Origin: Chrysomallon squamiferum
Taxonomy: Eukaryota; Animalia; Mollusca
Direction: 5' to 3'
Length of the DNA: 64,000 nucleotides
Assembly: GCA_012295275.1 (NCBI GenBank)
Contig: CM022667.1
Location: 2,976,001 to 3,040,000 of the forward strand
The notes under the pieces are model-generated. The model was not told the origin of the DNA and did not search any database. It worked only from the letters and a program-made list of their open reading frames with translations. Positions 14,601 through 27,765 of the stretch are shown here, in pieces. The translations under genes and the position numbers were made by a program. The first letter of the stretch is position 1, and every line of letters starts with the position of its first letter.

Positions 14601-16471
14601 TTAAGAAAAAAAATGCTTACTTTTCATAACTGAAAACAAAAACATTATGACTTTAAAGTTAAAAAATTGTTGTGTAAAACAGAAATGTAGAAGTAAAGCT
14701 ATTTGTCATATATCCTTAAAAGACAAAAGAAAGAAAAACTAAAAAATATGACATGGTTTTTTAAACCAAAGGTTAAATATAAATAAACCTCTTATTTCTC
14801 AGCAGGGGTGACTTTTTTTTCTTCTTCTTCTTCTTCTTCTTCTTTTCTCTCCGTCTCATTATTTGCTTTGTCATTACCAAAAAAAAATGTTGTAACTGTT
14901 ATCACTCTCGGGGGCATTGGTTTTTCCTGCTACACAATAAACGGGTATTTTTGGCAGGTTTTATTTTTCAAAGAATCTTTTGTTGTGTAACATGGCTAGA
15001 TGTGTGCAGGTTTGGGCCTGCAGTAACCATACCACACATGCTGAAACTGACAGTTACAGTCTGTGCGTGGGTCAGTCGAACTTGCCTGTTGGGTGATTTT
15101 TTACCAATGGTTAATAGGATGGTTGTGTAAACCTGTTTTTCTTATTATATTTTAAACCTGGCGTGTTGTTATTTTCCATTCATTGTCGTTTGGGGGGAAA
15201 AAAAGGAGGAAATGTCTGATGGTAGGGGGTGGTGGACGATAGATATATCTACTGATATAATGAAAGCATTCTGGTTGTGTGGTAGTTAGAATATAAGAAA
15301 AGAAAAAATGACAGGCAGTGGTAGAGAAAAGTCAAAGCAGAAAGAAAATCTTAAAATATATTATTTTCTTGTGCTTTTGTTTTTGTTTTAATTAAAATTT
15401 TAATTGTACATATATGTTTTTTTTATTTCTAATTTAAAAATCTTAAAATATGTAGAGGGTTATAACTTCACGAAAGCAAATTATAACCTTCCTCCAAAAA
15501 ATGAACATCTGTAGAAAAAGAAAAACTTCAAGAAAATCGTCTTATCCTTGGAAATTCTGTCGCTGTTACTTACAAAACTGTATGAAATGGCCGACTACAT
15601 CCAGTCCATGTTACGCTTTGCCTTTTTCACAGACAAGAACACTGGCACCCTCTACTCCTCTCACTGGAAGACGCTACCTGAAGGACAAAGACCCCAGTAT
15701 TACTCCTGTTTCCACGGCAACACAGAGCGTGGGTCGACTTCAGGCATTGCTCTCTGGGCGCAAAACTGCTCCAAGTGAAGCTCTTACAGAAATATTTCAG
15801 TAAGTGTTATGTAATAAGCCTGTTTATAATTTTTTTTCTTTTTTTTCTTGTTATTTCTTTTTTTTTCTTGTTATTTCTTGTATGTTTGGACTTGATCTTG
15901 TGGTAATTTTATGATGAAATTAATTTCCAATACTAGCTTAATGCTCCACAAAATATTTGTCAGTTAGAAAGTTCTTATTACCTATCCTTTACATTTTTTT
16001 CCTCAGAATTTTGTTTTTAAAAATAATTTTTAACAGTCCATACAGTTTTAAATCTAACATAGTCAAAACTGAAGTAAAATTATTTCTTTAAATTAATGTT
16101 TTGGCTCACCAGTTTTAGTTTTCTTTTTTTGCAGACATACAGATTTGAATTTTAAATTTTATGTTTTTTTTATTTTTTTCTACAGAGAATGTAGTCACAA
16201 CCCTAATGACGACATCGTCAATCGAATCAAAGAAATGGGTGACACATTTTGTGAACATTACATAAAGGTAAGTGTCTTTTTTACTTCTTTTTTTTTATGT
16301 CTCATTAAAAACCAGCAAATAGATTTGTTACTGAAAGTATTTGTAAGACTGTTTTGTTTGTTGTAGCAAGTAATGTTAGTGTTACAAGAAATGCATTTAC
16401 ATAATTTTATAGACTTTAAAGAAACATTGTTTTTTTTTTTTTTTTTATATTTAATTAGTTTTGTTTATTTT

Positions 16472-16526
<55 letters not shown>

Positions 16527-18072
16527 TATATATATTTTTTTTTTTTGCTAATATATATAGATATAGCTGTAGATATAAATATATATTCTGTAAACATGAT
16601 TGTTTTGTTTATTTGTTTTTTTCTTACCAGTGCTGAACAAATAATGCAAATTTTTTATACTAATGTACTTCCAAATGTTTATTTTATTTGTAACGTTCAA
16701 CTAACCTTTGCTACTAATAACATCAAATTAAAATCTTTCTTTATTTAACAATTATTTTTTTCTAATGTTAGCTTGTTCTATCAGAAATTTGTATAAAACC
16801 TGGCCTAGTAGATTTAGAAACATTATCACAACTGTTTATTAATTAAAAGAGGCATTTTTAAAATAATTATTTAGGATATTTTTTATTTCTTGGATGATAT
16901 GACATTACAAATATACTGGGTTGTTACGAAGGTAGGATGCAGTACCATTTTTATTTATAAATTAATATTTCTTAAACAATTATATTGATTAATATATTTA
17001 TATCTACACAAACTACAGCTCTTATTGAATAAATCAGAATAGAGGTCACATGATACTCTAGCCAATCAGATTTTATTTTGCAGCAATAACCTGCATGCTG
17101 ATTATGAAAACATAAATAATACATATCTGATCAGAAAACTATTTGTCACCTGATAAGACTAGCCAGCCAATCAGAAATAAGATTACATTAGATACTTTGT
17201 ATTGATTAGTAACAAAGGTTATGACTGGGAGTCAGTGGTGGAATATATAATTTTATGTATCTAACTGCCAGGTAACAATAAAAGGAATGATGTGAACAAG
17301 AAGAGAGATGAAGTTAAAGGGATTTTTTATATACATAAAATTTAACAATAATTTTTGTCATAATCATTTTTCACTTCTTGTAATAAATAATAACAATTGA
17401 TTATATTTTTTGGAGGAGGGGGTATGTGTATTGTTTTCATATTTAGGATTATTTTTCAATCCAGTAATATAGAACGTTTTACACCATACAAAACACAAGA
17501 TATATATTATACAGATAAAGTTCAAAATGTTAAAAAAAAAAAAAAACGAGAGAGAGATTAAATTTAAAATATACAAAAAAAAAGTAATAATATTTTTTAT
17601 TATTTATTTTATTATTTTCTTGTTTAATCCAGATGTCATAAATTACACATCTTTGCTTTACAGTAGACAGTGATGGAAAAACTGGTGCTTGCAAAATGAT
17701 TTAACTTTTCTTGGTTTTATTTCTACCTTGTGGTGTTTTCTGTTTAAATATTACACCAGTTCATAAACAACAGATCCATTTCTTTCACATTTAGTTGACC
17801 TTAACAATAAAAAGATTGAGATAAAAACAAACTCACTGAAAGACAAAACTCATACAAACATACATATACCACCACCACTGTATCACATAAACCTCAAAAT
17901 ATTATATAGTTACAAAAAAATACATATGTGTATGTTTGATTCAGATCCAGAGAAAATATAACAGACAAAAAATAAATTTAAGAATTCACTGAACAATTTT
18001 TTATAATTTTCATTTGACTTTTAATGCATGCAGATATTCATAAAGAAATAAGATACCTTCTTTTCTTCTTCC

Positions 18073-18104
<32 letters not shown>

Positions 18105-21100
18105 CTTCTATTGTTGTAAGAAGCCAGACAGAACACACAGAAATATTTTCCCATCATGCTTCAGTTGGCTTGTTAAGGAACCATGAATAAAAGAAATTAA
18201 ATAAATGTTACCTGACGCAAAGTACACAAAGACATTTTTCTAAATGACTTTTGTTAATGGTGTGTGACTGGTATTGGTCACATTAAAACTGTACATTTCA
18301 GTAACTGTTACCACTTGTTACTTTAATAAATACAGCACTGCCAAAACCAGTTAAACTATATATTTTATTAATTTACCTGTTGTTACCTTTAATAATAAAA
18401 ATAGAGGATCACTTAAAACTTTACATTTCAGTAACTGTTACCACTTGTTACTTTATTAAATACAGCACTGCCAAAACCAGTTAAACTCTTTATTTTATTA
18501 ATTTACCTGTTGTTACTTTTAATAATCAAAATAGAGGTAAATCAGTTAAACTGATCATTTCAGTTACCACTTGTTACTTTAATAAATTTGTCACAGCTAA
18601 ATCCAGTTAGATTATACTTTTACTAACTTACCTGTAAAAATAGTTAACCTTTATTAATTAAAATAGGAGGTAAATCCCGATAAAACTACTTTTTAGTATC
18701 TTTTGTTACCTTTAATAAATAAACTAGAGTTGAATCCATTAAACAATACATTTCATTAATTGTTATCTCTTGTTTCTGTAATAAATGCAACACAGCTAAA
18801 TGACATTTTAGTTGTTACAAGCATTATTAATCATAACTGCTAAACAAATGCTTATAATATCCATAATATGAACTATTTTGGGGTTTTAATTATTATTATT
18901 ATTATTGGTTTTTTGTTGGGTTTTATTTTGTTGTTTTACCACTTTATAATGAAATCAATTCATTTCTTTCTTTTTTTTAATACTTTTTTTTAATTATTAT
19001 TATTATTATTTGTTTTATATAACTTAATAAAGTGTCTGCATATATTATTTTCTTTCATTTTTTTTCTACACTTAGTATTATTATGTTTATGCTGCATTTG
19101 CATTTGCATTTGCATTTAGAGCATAAAAAATAGTAAAAGTTACAAATGTGGCTTTTCTCTCAGTTATTTTACATTACTTGTTTCTTTTCATGTTTTCATA
19201 CCCATTTTATTTTTACTTCTATTACTGTCACAAGTTCAAAATTTATCTGCATGTAAAAAACCAATTTAATGGCAGATTTTAAAAATTATTTATTTTCTTT
19301 TTAATAATAATTTATAAAAAAAAAGAAGAAGAAAAAAAAAAGTATTAAAAATGCATTTATATTGTTACTATTGAAACTAAAGCTCCCAGTAAATTCCACT
19401 ACAAAATTTTATTAATATATATCATTTACTAAATAAAATACATGCATAATCATTATTTAGAATTTGTATGCACACACACCCACACAGAATTAGTCCATTT
19501 GTCATTTATTCTGACAGTTTAACTTTTTTCATTTTTTTTTTTTTTAAATGAATACCTAAGATTCTGCTGCAGTAAAATTCAGAAACATTATATTTTGTTT
19601 GTTTGTTTGATTGTTTATTTAAGTACTTTCTGGAATTATCTACATTATCCATAAAGTAAATAATCACAGCAGTAAAGTAGCTTTCTGTTCAGAATGTTTA
19701 CTCAGAGATGCCTGTTTGAAACAGGGCAACGTTTTGTTATTTTTATATTTTATACATTGTTTTGTTGTTTGTATATGTAGTATATTCATGCTATTTCCGC
19801 TTGGTTAATTTTAATAAGCTTTTTCCAAGACATAAAACTCCATTATGTTTTGCAAATAGGTATGTTTACTCAAGTGAAAAATCAACTTTTTTTTTTATTC
19901 TTTTCTTGTAGATTTTGTTTAATCAGATGATTTTACTGTTAAAAAAAAAAAAAAAAAAAAAATTGCAATATTAGTAATAATAGAATGCAATAATGGTAAT
20001 AATATTGGTGTATGTGTAATAGTAGTAATAGCATTGGCTGCATTAGTAAAAGTAATATCAGTAATAATAGTGTTACAGTATTAGCAGTATTCATAGTATT
20101 AAAAGTAATAGTAGCAATAGTATTGGCTGCATTAGCAAAAAATAATATCAGTAATAGTGTTACAGTGTTAGCAGTAGTCATAGTATTCAAAAATAATAGT
20201 ATTGGATGCATTAGTAAAAATAATATCAGTAGTAATAATAGTATTACGGTATTAATAGTAGACACAGTATTCAAAGTAATAGTAATAGTAGTTGTAGTAG
20301 TCATAGTATTAAAAGTAATGGTAGTAATAGTATTGGCAATAGTAGTAATAATAATATCAGTGGTAATAATAGTACTGGCAGCATGACAAGCAGTAGTAGT
20401 AGTAGTAGTTGAAGTGGTAACGCTATCAGAAGCCTGTCTACAGTTTTTCTCTTTTTTTAAAAAATATTCCAGCCATCAGATGATCATCCAGCAGCTCATA
20501 TTGACTTCGCTAAACGTCGACTACAACTGGGGGAAAGTTTGTACTACAAAATGTTAGAAAACATTGTCTTGGCTGAGAGAAAGCGAGCATCAAGAGAACA
20601 CAAAGCTGATTTATCCGTAAGTCTGTCCATCCATTTCATTAATCCTTCAGAGCTTGCACCTGTTTTTCATACAGGAATAATAACCCTGAGCTTTGGAGAC
20701 CAAGTCCATTTTGAAATTATTTTTATTTTTATATGGTTTATTTGTTTGAAAATAAAAATAAGAGGTATCATTTATTATTATTAAGATTCAGGAAAATGCA
20801 GCATCATCATATAATTCTTTCAGTAAGAAATTTAAAATTTTGCTTGTGTTCATCAGACCAGGTGCAAGCCATAAAGAATTAATAATAATAATAATAATAG
20901 TAATATAAATAAAAGAAATGAAGAAAAGAATTTTAAAACATAATTTCCTATTTAATTATGTTTAAAAAGTTATTATTATATTCTAATTATGTTATTATTA
21001 CATAGGATATTTTCAGATTTAATTTTAATACTTTCATTTTATAGATTTTAATGAAAAGTAGAGCTGTGTTTTTAAAATTATTTTCTCTTGTTTTCCTTTT

Positions 21101-23613
21101 TTGTGTTTTGTTTTAAAAATGATATACTTATTTCTAATAAACTGTTATTGTTTATTTTTTCAGGCTCTTCTTGATCATGATACATTTCACCGGTCTTTGT
21201 TTGCATGTTGTTTAGAAATTGTCATATTTTCATATAATTCACAGAGGTAAGTTCAATATAAAAAATTAAATTATTAAATATTTTTAATTCTCCATTTTTA
21301 ACTTTAATTTATGATGATATCTATAACAAACTTTTTTATGGGGGGTAAAGGTTTTTTTGGTGTTTTTTTTACATATTTATTAATACTGATATATATATAT
21401 ATATATGATATTGATATAAATTATTACATATTGTTTTTTATATTTTATTCTTGTTTTTAATTGCTTTATGATGATACCTATAACAAGCATTTTTATTTGA
21501 CCCCAACCGTAGAAATATAAGAAAATAAATAATTAATTTTAAAGTTTAGTGTTTTGTGTTATGAAAAAATTAGGACACGTTTTCAGCCTGTTTTTGTTTC
21601 TTCACAGAACATTTCCATGGATACTGGATGTGTTTGATCTGAGTGCCTATCACCTGTACAAGGTGTTTGAAGTTGTGATTCGCGCTGAGGAAAGTCTGTC
21701 ACGTGACGTGGTCAAACATCTCAATCATGTATGCAGTCTTTCCTTTCTTGATATCTCCATTTCCCTCTCAATCTTATACATCTAATGTCATTCCTTTTTC
21801 TTTATATCCTGTTTATTTCTATCTCTTTTTCGTCTTATCTTAACAGTTTTTGGTAGGTTGTCTCATGTCATAAACCTGTCTCTTCTTCATCCTTTTTCTG
21901 TTCTGTTATATTTTTTATTTATTTATATCACTTGTCTTGTCTAATATTCTGTCATTTTCTCTGTCGATCATAGTCACTTGCACTCTTCCTTCAATTGTTT
22001 TCTCTTTTTCCCACTGAATCTCTGTTTGTGTCTCTCTTACCCTCTCTCCTTCTCCATCTGTCTTTCTCTTTCATCATGTTCTCTATCTCATTCTTTCTTT
22101 TTTCTAACTCCATTTTAATTTTTAATGGACTGTTGTTTTCTTTTCCCTTCTGTGTAGAATTATTCTGATACAAATATTTTACAGATAGAGGCGTCAGTTT
22201 ATCGGTATATAATTATACTGTTACAAAACAGTTTTGCAGATAGAGGAGTCAGTTTATCTGTATAAAATGATTCTGTTACAAAACATTTTCACAGATAGAG
22301 GAGTCAATTCTAGAGAGCTTGGCATGGAAGAGTGATTCTGCTTTGTGGGATGCAGTGAGAGATGAAAACGGCAACATTCCATCATGTGAAGATGTAAGAT
22401 ATTTTTAATTTTATTTTCCAAAATGTATGTTATTTCTTTCTTGCTTTATATTACACAATATACCTTTCTTTTTTCTTAAATTATAATAGCCCACTTTTAT
22501 ACCAGTTAATTTTGATTTATAAAATAAAATTGTTGTATGACATTGTAGAGCATTCACCTGGGAAATAGAAGGTTTAATGATCTCTGCTTAATATGGACAT
22601 TGAACTGACTGCTTTACATTTCAATGATTTATGTGTCTGGCAAATGTATTATATTTTAGGAATTCTATCACAATTAATACATCCCACTATCTGCATAGGT
22701 GACCGTTAACGTCAGACACAACGCTAAAAAAAGAGAATTCTGTTTCAGTTTCATTTAACATTTTCAAAAACATTTAATATCAGTTATCTGGTTTTTGTGT
22801 TGTAACAGGTAACACCTCCCAACCACATTGACAACAACAGCAACGTGACATTGTCTCCAATGAGACATCCACGAGTTCGCAGTCTTGCTGGTGAGGATAA
22901 CAATCTTTCATTAGAAATCTGTTTTGGTTTTTAATGACTCATTTACCAGTCACAATACCTTCCTTGACTGAACATTGAATTATATAGAAATTATTTTTAT
23001 ATAAATAATGTTGCTGGGGTTTTTGGGGTGGGTTAAGAAGCTTCTAAATGCATGGAATCTGTATTTGTTCACAATATCTAGACCATAGAGTGACATCAAA
23101 CAGATTGTTCACCATTTTACAACAGTTTTTTAATTATGGTTTTTAATTATCAAAATGTTGCATGCTTTAATTTTAATACCAGGACATGTAAAGCTGATTT
23201 AAAAATATATATATATATATATATATAGTTTATGCTCATATATGACTTAACAATCATTCATTTTAAAACAAATTTCAGGTCCAGATCCACTGCAGTCACC
23301 AACAGCACCATCAGCATCAGAACGTTTCAGTTCTCCACAGCCTGGGACAGTCAAACGTCAACTGTTTGCTCCTAAAGGTAATTCGGCAGACACAACACCG
23401 CCAAGCAAGACAGGTTTTGATAAACAGCTGGGTACAGAAACAACCACAGCAACAACCAATATTTCTGCTGGTCAGACTATCATAGCAGTGACGAGCGATG
23501 GACGACAGGTATGTAGGAGCTGATTTATCTTTTGTTGTTGTTGTTGTTGTTTTTCAAATGAAATATTTATAGACAGAATAAACTGACTGCTTAAATTCTT
23601 CTCTCTTTGTGTC

Positions 23614-23659
<46 letters not shown>

Positions 23660-24077
23660 TGCAAAGACAGAATAAATGTGAGAGGAATTAAAGAGTGAAT
23701 AACACTGAAATAGTTTTAAAATGAATAAGTAATTAATTTCAATTAATTCTGTTCTTTAAAACTTTTTTTTTTTTTTTTTTTTAATTAATATTTTTCAGGT
23801 TTTGATTCCTGTCCAGACTTTGATTGCATCTCCAAACAAAACTGATGACAGAAAACTGCTAACATCTACCACCTTGGCAACATCACCTGGCAAAAACAAC
23901 AAGCCAAAGAAGACAGGGTCTTTGTCATTGTTTTTCAGAAAGGTAAGTTAAAAATATAATATATTTTAAAAAAATAATATCAACAAATTTTATGTAATTA
24001 CTCACATAATTAGGAATTCTTTTTTTTTTTTTTTTTTAATTTAATATAAATGTCAGCCTGGGGGGTTAATTTGTAGC

Positions 24078-24110
<33 letters not shown>

Positions 24111-24512
24111 AACATTCTAATTTATTGTTAACACTAATTTTATTAAATTAAAATCTTGTTACCACTGATGATGTGATGATGATAAGTAAAAAAAAAAAAA
24201 AAAAGAAACCTATAAAAATGATGTTGACGTTGGTGATGCTGCAGGTGTACCATCTGGTTGGAGTGAGACTGCGAGACCTGTGTGATCGCTTGGAGCTGAA
24301 CAATGAAGAGCTGCAGAAGAAGATGTGGACGTGTTTTGAGTACGTTCTCATGCATAACATCGACTTGATGATGGACCGCCATCTTGACCAGCTCATAATG
24401 TGTGCCATCTATGTCATGGCAAAAGTAAGTCTGATTTTCTTTTTCAATAACAGATTTAAAAAAAAAAAAATTAGGTATATATGTGTTCTAATTATTGGTA
24501 TAAACTCATTCT

Positions 24513-24545
<33 letters not shown>

Positions 24546-27302
24546 ATCCCATGAATGATTTAATAGAAATACCTTTATCAGAAATTTCTTTTATTATAAA
24601 CCAGTGAAACCTGTCAATACAGGACACTTGGTAAAGCAGAATTCCCCCAGATGAGTTTATGCAGTTTCCTTGAGTGTAATAAATAAAAAACTCTCAGTGA
24701 ATTGGACAGCCATTTATATCTAACTTTTGATATGGTACCCACACTGTACAGCTTTTGAAACATTTCACAAAAATTTCACTATTTTCTAGTAAAAGTAATT
24801 TGGGGTCAGTGGTTTATTTGTTTTGTTGTTGTCTTTTTTTGTTAAACTGTGTGAAACTGTTATTTATGTTTATTATAATTCACAGGTGACCGATCATCCA
24901 CTGACATTCCAGAATATAATGAAGTGTTACAGGTTTCAGCCTCAAGCTGTCAGTCATGTGAGTTGTAAATCTTTTTATTAATAACTACATGCATTGTAGA
25001 CTATGTACTATCAACACACCAATAATGATGAGGTTCTTTCCTTTTTAAATTATTTTTATTTAATTCCTTATTTAGTAATGTCACATTGTTTTCTTTTGTC
25101 ATTATCATAACAGAGATATGATGATGTCTGCATTTTTCTCTTTTTAAATATTTTTACATTATTGCCATTATTACATGAATTACTTCAGATACACAGATAA
25201 ACAACAGTACAGGTACTCAAATAGTTATTTCAGGTGAACAGGTAATTTAACAGGTTTTTAATCTAAATTATTTTACAGGTGTACCGCAGTGTACTGCTGA
25301 ATGGGCGTCGCCGTCATGCCTCGGGGAGCAGCGAAAGCAGCAAAAGTGCAACGAGTGGATCATCATCTCCAGTCACCACAGAGAAAGAGGATGCAAAGGA
25401 AAGACGTGAGTATAAACTGTTAACTCATTTAACCAAATTCTACTGATGTAAACCCCGAAAATAATAAAAACCTGATGTAAAACAGTCCACTGTTAATTAA
25501 CTAAAAGTTAGAACTAGTAAAATTGTTTCAAGATGTTTTATTTCCATTGCCAATTTTAGTGTTTTTCAGATTTTACATTTTACTCAATTTTAAAGTTAAG
25601 TTAGCAAGTTAAATGGGGTGTTTTTTGTATGTACCTTCAAAAGAAAAAGAAAAGACTTGAGTAAATTTTGATAAAAGTGGACTGTGGTCCAAATCTGAAG
25701 CATCATCATGGGTCAGTTATTTTATTTTTTAAAATTTTGTGTCTCTGTTGATTAATAAATTTTGCCTTGTTGTTTTGTTATCAGGTCGTGCAGAACATTT
25801 GGTGTACATCAGATCTACAAGCACTTTACCAGTTCCAAACCCAAACAGCCAGCCTCCTACTCCTACAAAACTCACTGGAATGGGGTCCACATTTGACCTG
25901 GGTGAGGAGCGTGGTGATCTCATAGAGTTTTATAATATGGTAAGTCTGTTTTTCTAACAAAGAAAATGTTAAGAGAAAAAAAATTGATTTTTTTTTTTTT
26001 TTTTAGCTTCAATTTCATTTCTGATTTTTATTTTTATAAAGGTATTACTAATGAAAATAAAATATTTTCTTCTTAAAAACAAAAGTTAGAAAGAAAGTTG
26101 TAAAAATATTTATTATGTTTATATTTTTTGTTTTTTCTAGTCATTTGTTACTTTTCAGGTGTTTGTCAAAAGAATAAAGGATTTTGCCCTAAAGTTTTCC
26201 ACTCAGAATCAGACATCTGGGGTAAATATACATTTTAACATTTCTCTTTCATATTGAATTTTTGTTTAAATTTTTGTTTTATCATGCATTTTCATCAAGA
26301 GTAAATTTATAAATACCTTAAGATTATGTTGTTGAATTTTTATAAATTCATTAACAGTTTCTTTTTAATCTTTTTTTCTTTTCTTTTAGAATTTTACAAA
26401 TTAATTTTTATTTATTTTTGTAAACTGGAATTTAAAATCAGTGGTGTGTGTATAAACACATATGGTATATATTCTTTAATGTTGAAAGTCTTTACTTCAT
26501 TAAAAAGTCAATATAAAATGTTTTCTTTAGAGTGCTCCCCCTTTGTCGCCCATGCCACTGGTAAGAAGTCAGCCGTCGTCCCCTCGCCGTGTGTCCAGCA
26601 AATACTCCGTGTACATCTCCCCACACAACATCAACAGAAACAAACCTACACAACCTAAAGGCATCTCCTACTGCTTCAACAGAAGTCCTGCGAAGGTGAG
26701 TACATTACAACCTCTGACCTTTCTGTATAATCGGTTATATTTGTGACCAGTTTCCATGAATGGTGCATAAAGTTATTATTATTTTTAATTTTTTAATTCT
26801 TAACTTTTTTTAGTCTTTGTTTTTACATTTCCATGAATCATTATTAATATTTTTGAAACATAACTATACTATTTTTGCATTCATAAACATTTTATACAGA
26901 GAGAAAAACAGGCAGACATACAGACACAAACGTACCAGTGTACAGATAGATAGATAGATAAAGAGATAGTAAGACAGACACTGACTCGGAGAAATAAAAA
27001 TTACTTTTAAGTTTCATTTTAATTATTTCTGAAAAACGTATTCTTTAATTAATATTTTATATTCAAAAAAAAAAAAAAATGAACAAAGGAGTAAAAGTGA
27101 CTGACTGTTTCAGGAACTGCGTGCAATAAACAACATGATTCGGATGGGGGAGAGGAAGCTGAGTGGGAAACGGCAGCTGGAAGTGAATGTGGACGAGGAC
27201 TCCGTCGACAGTCCAAACAAGCGCATGTGTGGCAGTCACTTCATGCGTCGTCTGCAGGACGTCAACTCCGAGAGGCAGGAGATCAACGGCGCTGCCAAAT
27301 AA
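6595..27302 (+). CDS. RBL1: Retinoblastoma-like pocket protein (p107/p130 family), 24 coding exons, ~1054 aa
   Basis: GCCATGG start at 6595 (an in-frame upstream ATG exists at 6550). GT-AG exons with consistent phases: 6595-6732, 8100-8233, 9044-9241, 10835-10899, 11436-11561, 11875-12035, 12184-12248, 12782-12956, 15633-15799, 16186-16267, 20473-20616, 21164-21246, 21608-21728, 22295-22393, 22809-22890, 23279-23508, 23799-23942, 24245-24424, 24886-24957, 25279-25405, 25785-25939, 26159-26221, 26531-26695, 27114-27302 (3165 nt, TAA). Motifs: EGNCVSLTRLLRS, LERNFAVS, SDDLVNSYHLLLCC, VGDFDERIFLG, STPLTGRRYL, pocket A (FHRSLFACCLEIV; LSRDVVKHLNHIEESILESLAW), cyclin-docking KRQLF, pocket B (GSLSLFFRKVY; DRHLDQLIMCAIY; YRSVLL; RGDLIEFYN), C-terminal SPAKELRAINNMI. 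Probably a single co-orthologue of vertebrate RBL1/RBL2. Confidence 0.96.
12500..12790. repeat. Degenerate tandem repeat (4 copies) overlapping the RBL exon 8 acceptor
   Basis: Core TAAATTATTTYWT(G)AATAA(T)RCATG at ~12516, 12581, 12678 and 12748. Confidence 0.8.
18283..18800. repeat. Intronic ~130-bp tandem repeat made of two related ~65-bp subunits, ~4 decaying copies
   Basis: ACATTTCAGTAACTGTTACCACTTGTTACTTTA at 18293 and 18423, with more degenerate copies after. Confidence 0.85.
19970..20410. repeat. (AGT/AAT)-derived minisatellite with ~80-90-bp period
   Basis: ATTGG(C/A)TGCATTAG(T/C)AAAA..TAATATCAGTA repeated three times. It explains the ORF-track entries here. Confidence 0.8.
22150..22306. 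repeat. 55-bp tandem repeat x3 containing the RBL exon 14 splice acceptor
   Basis: CAGATAGAGG(C/A)GTCA with AG ending at 22184, 22239 and 22294. Confidence 0.9.
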
Positions 27303-27765
27303 CTGAGATGATGGTCCAGTGTGAGATATACGTACCTACATATATATGTGAGATAGTTAGTCGTCGGAGAAATGTGTGAGATAAATGAAAACAAAGACGT
27401 GTGTGATTGGATCCTCCGTGTGTAATGTATTCGAGAGACGGGCGGTCCTGTGTGACCGGTGAGAGGATCTTCTCGTGAGGTATAAGTGAGAAACATTTGT
27501 GAGATGGTCCTGTGTAAGATAGGTGTGTGAGACAGATATAAATGTGCTCTCGGTCTTCTGAAATGTGGGTGAGAAAGATGTAGTCTCACTCCACTGAACT
27601 GTGGGGAATTGTTCTGTGAGATAAATGTTTCACAGATCATCTGCTGTGAGATAGAAGTAACTCTCACAGTCCTTAGTGAGAACAAAAAAAATTTAAAAAA
27701 AATAAGTGAGACTGGTCTCTCACATATTTCTCACTGTTAGATAGAATTACCTGTGTGAGATTGAT
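27303..27765 (+). repeat. GTGAGA-rich cryptic repeat with short inverted repeats in the proximal RBL 3' UTR
   Basis: ~13 GTGAGA and 4 TCTCAC. Copies at 27616, 27646, 27676 and 27706 are spaced exactly 30 nt. Confidence 0.75.

Noticed and set aside
14790-15260. GC-richer patch in RBL intron 8 as a possible cassette exon
   Set aside because: No convincing acceptor/donor pair with RB-family coding similarity; the protein is complete without it.
19939-20386. 121-124 aa hydrophobic ORFs on both strands
   Set aside because: Translation of a triplet-based minisatellite.
27236-27685. 149-aa antisense ORF over the RBL terminal exon and UTR
   Set aside because: No recognisable domain; explained by the GTGAGA repeat and the antisense frame of the exon.
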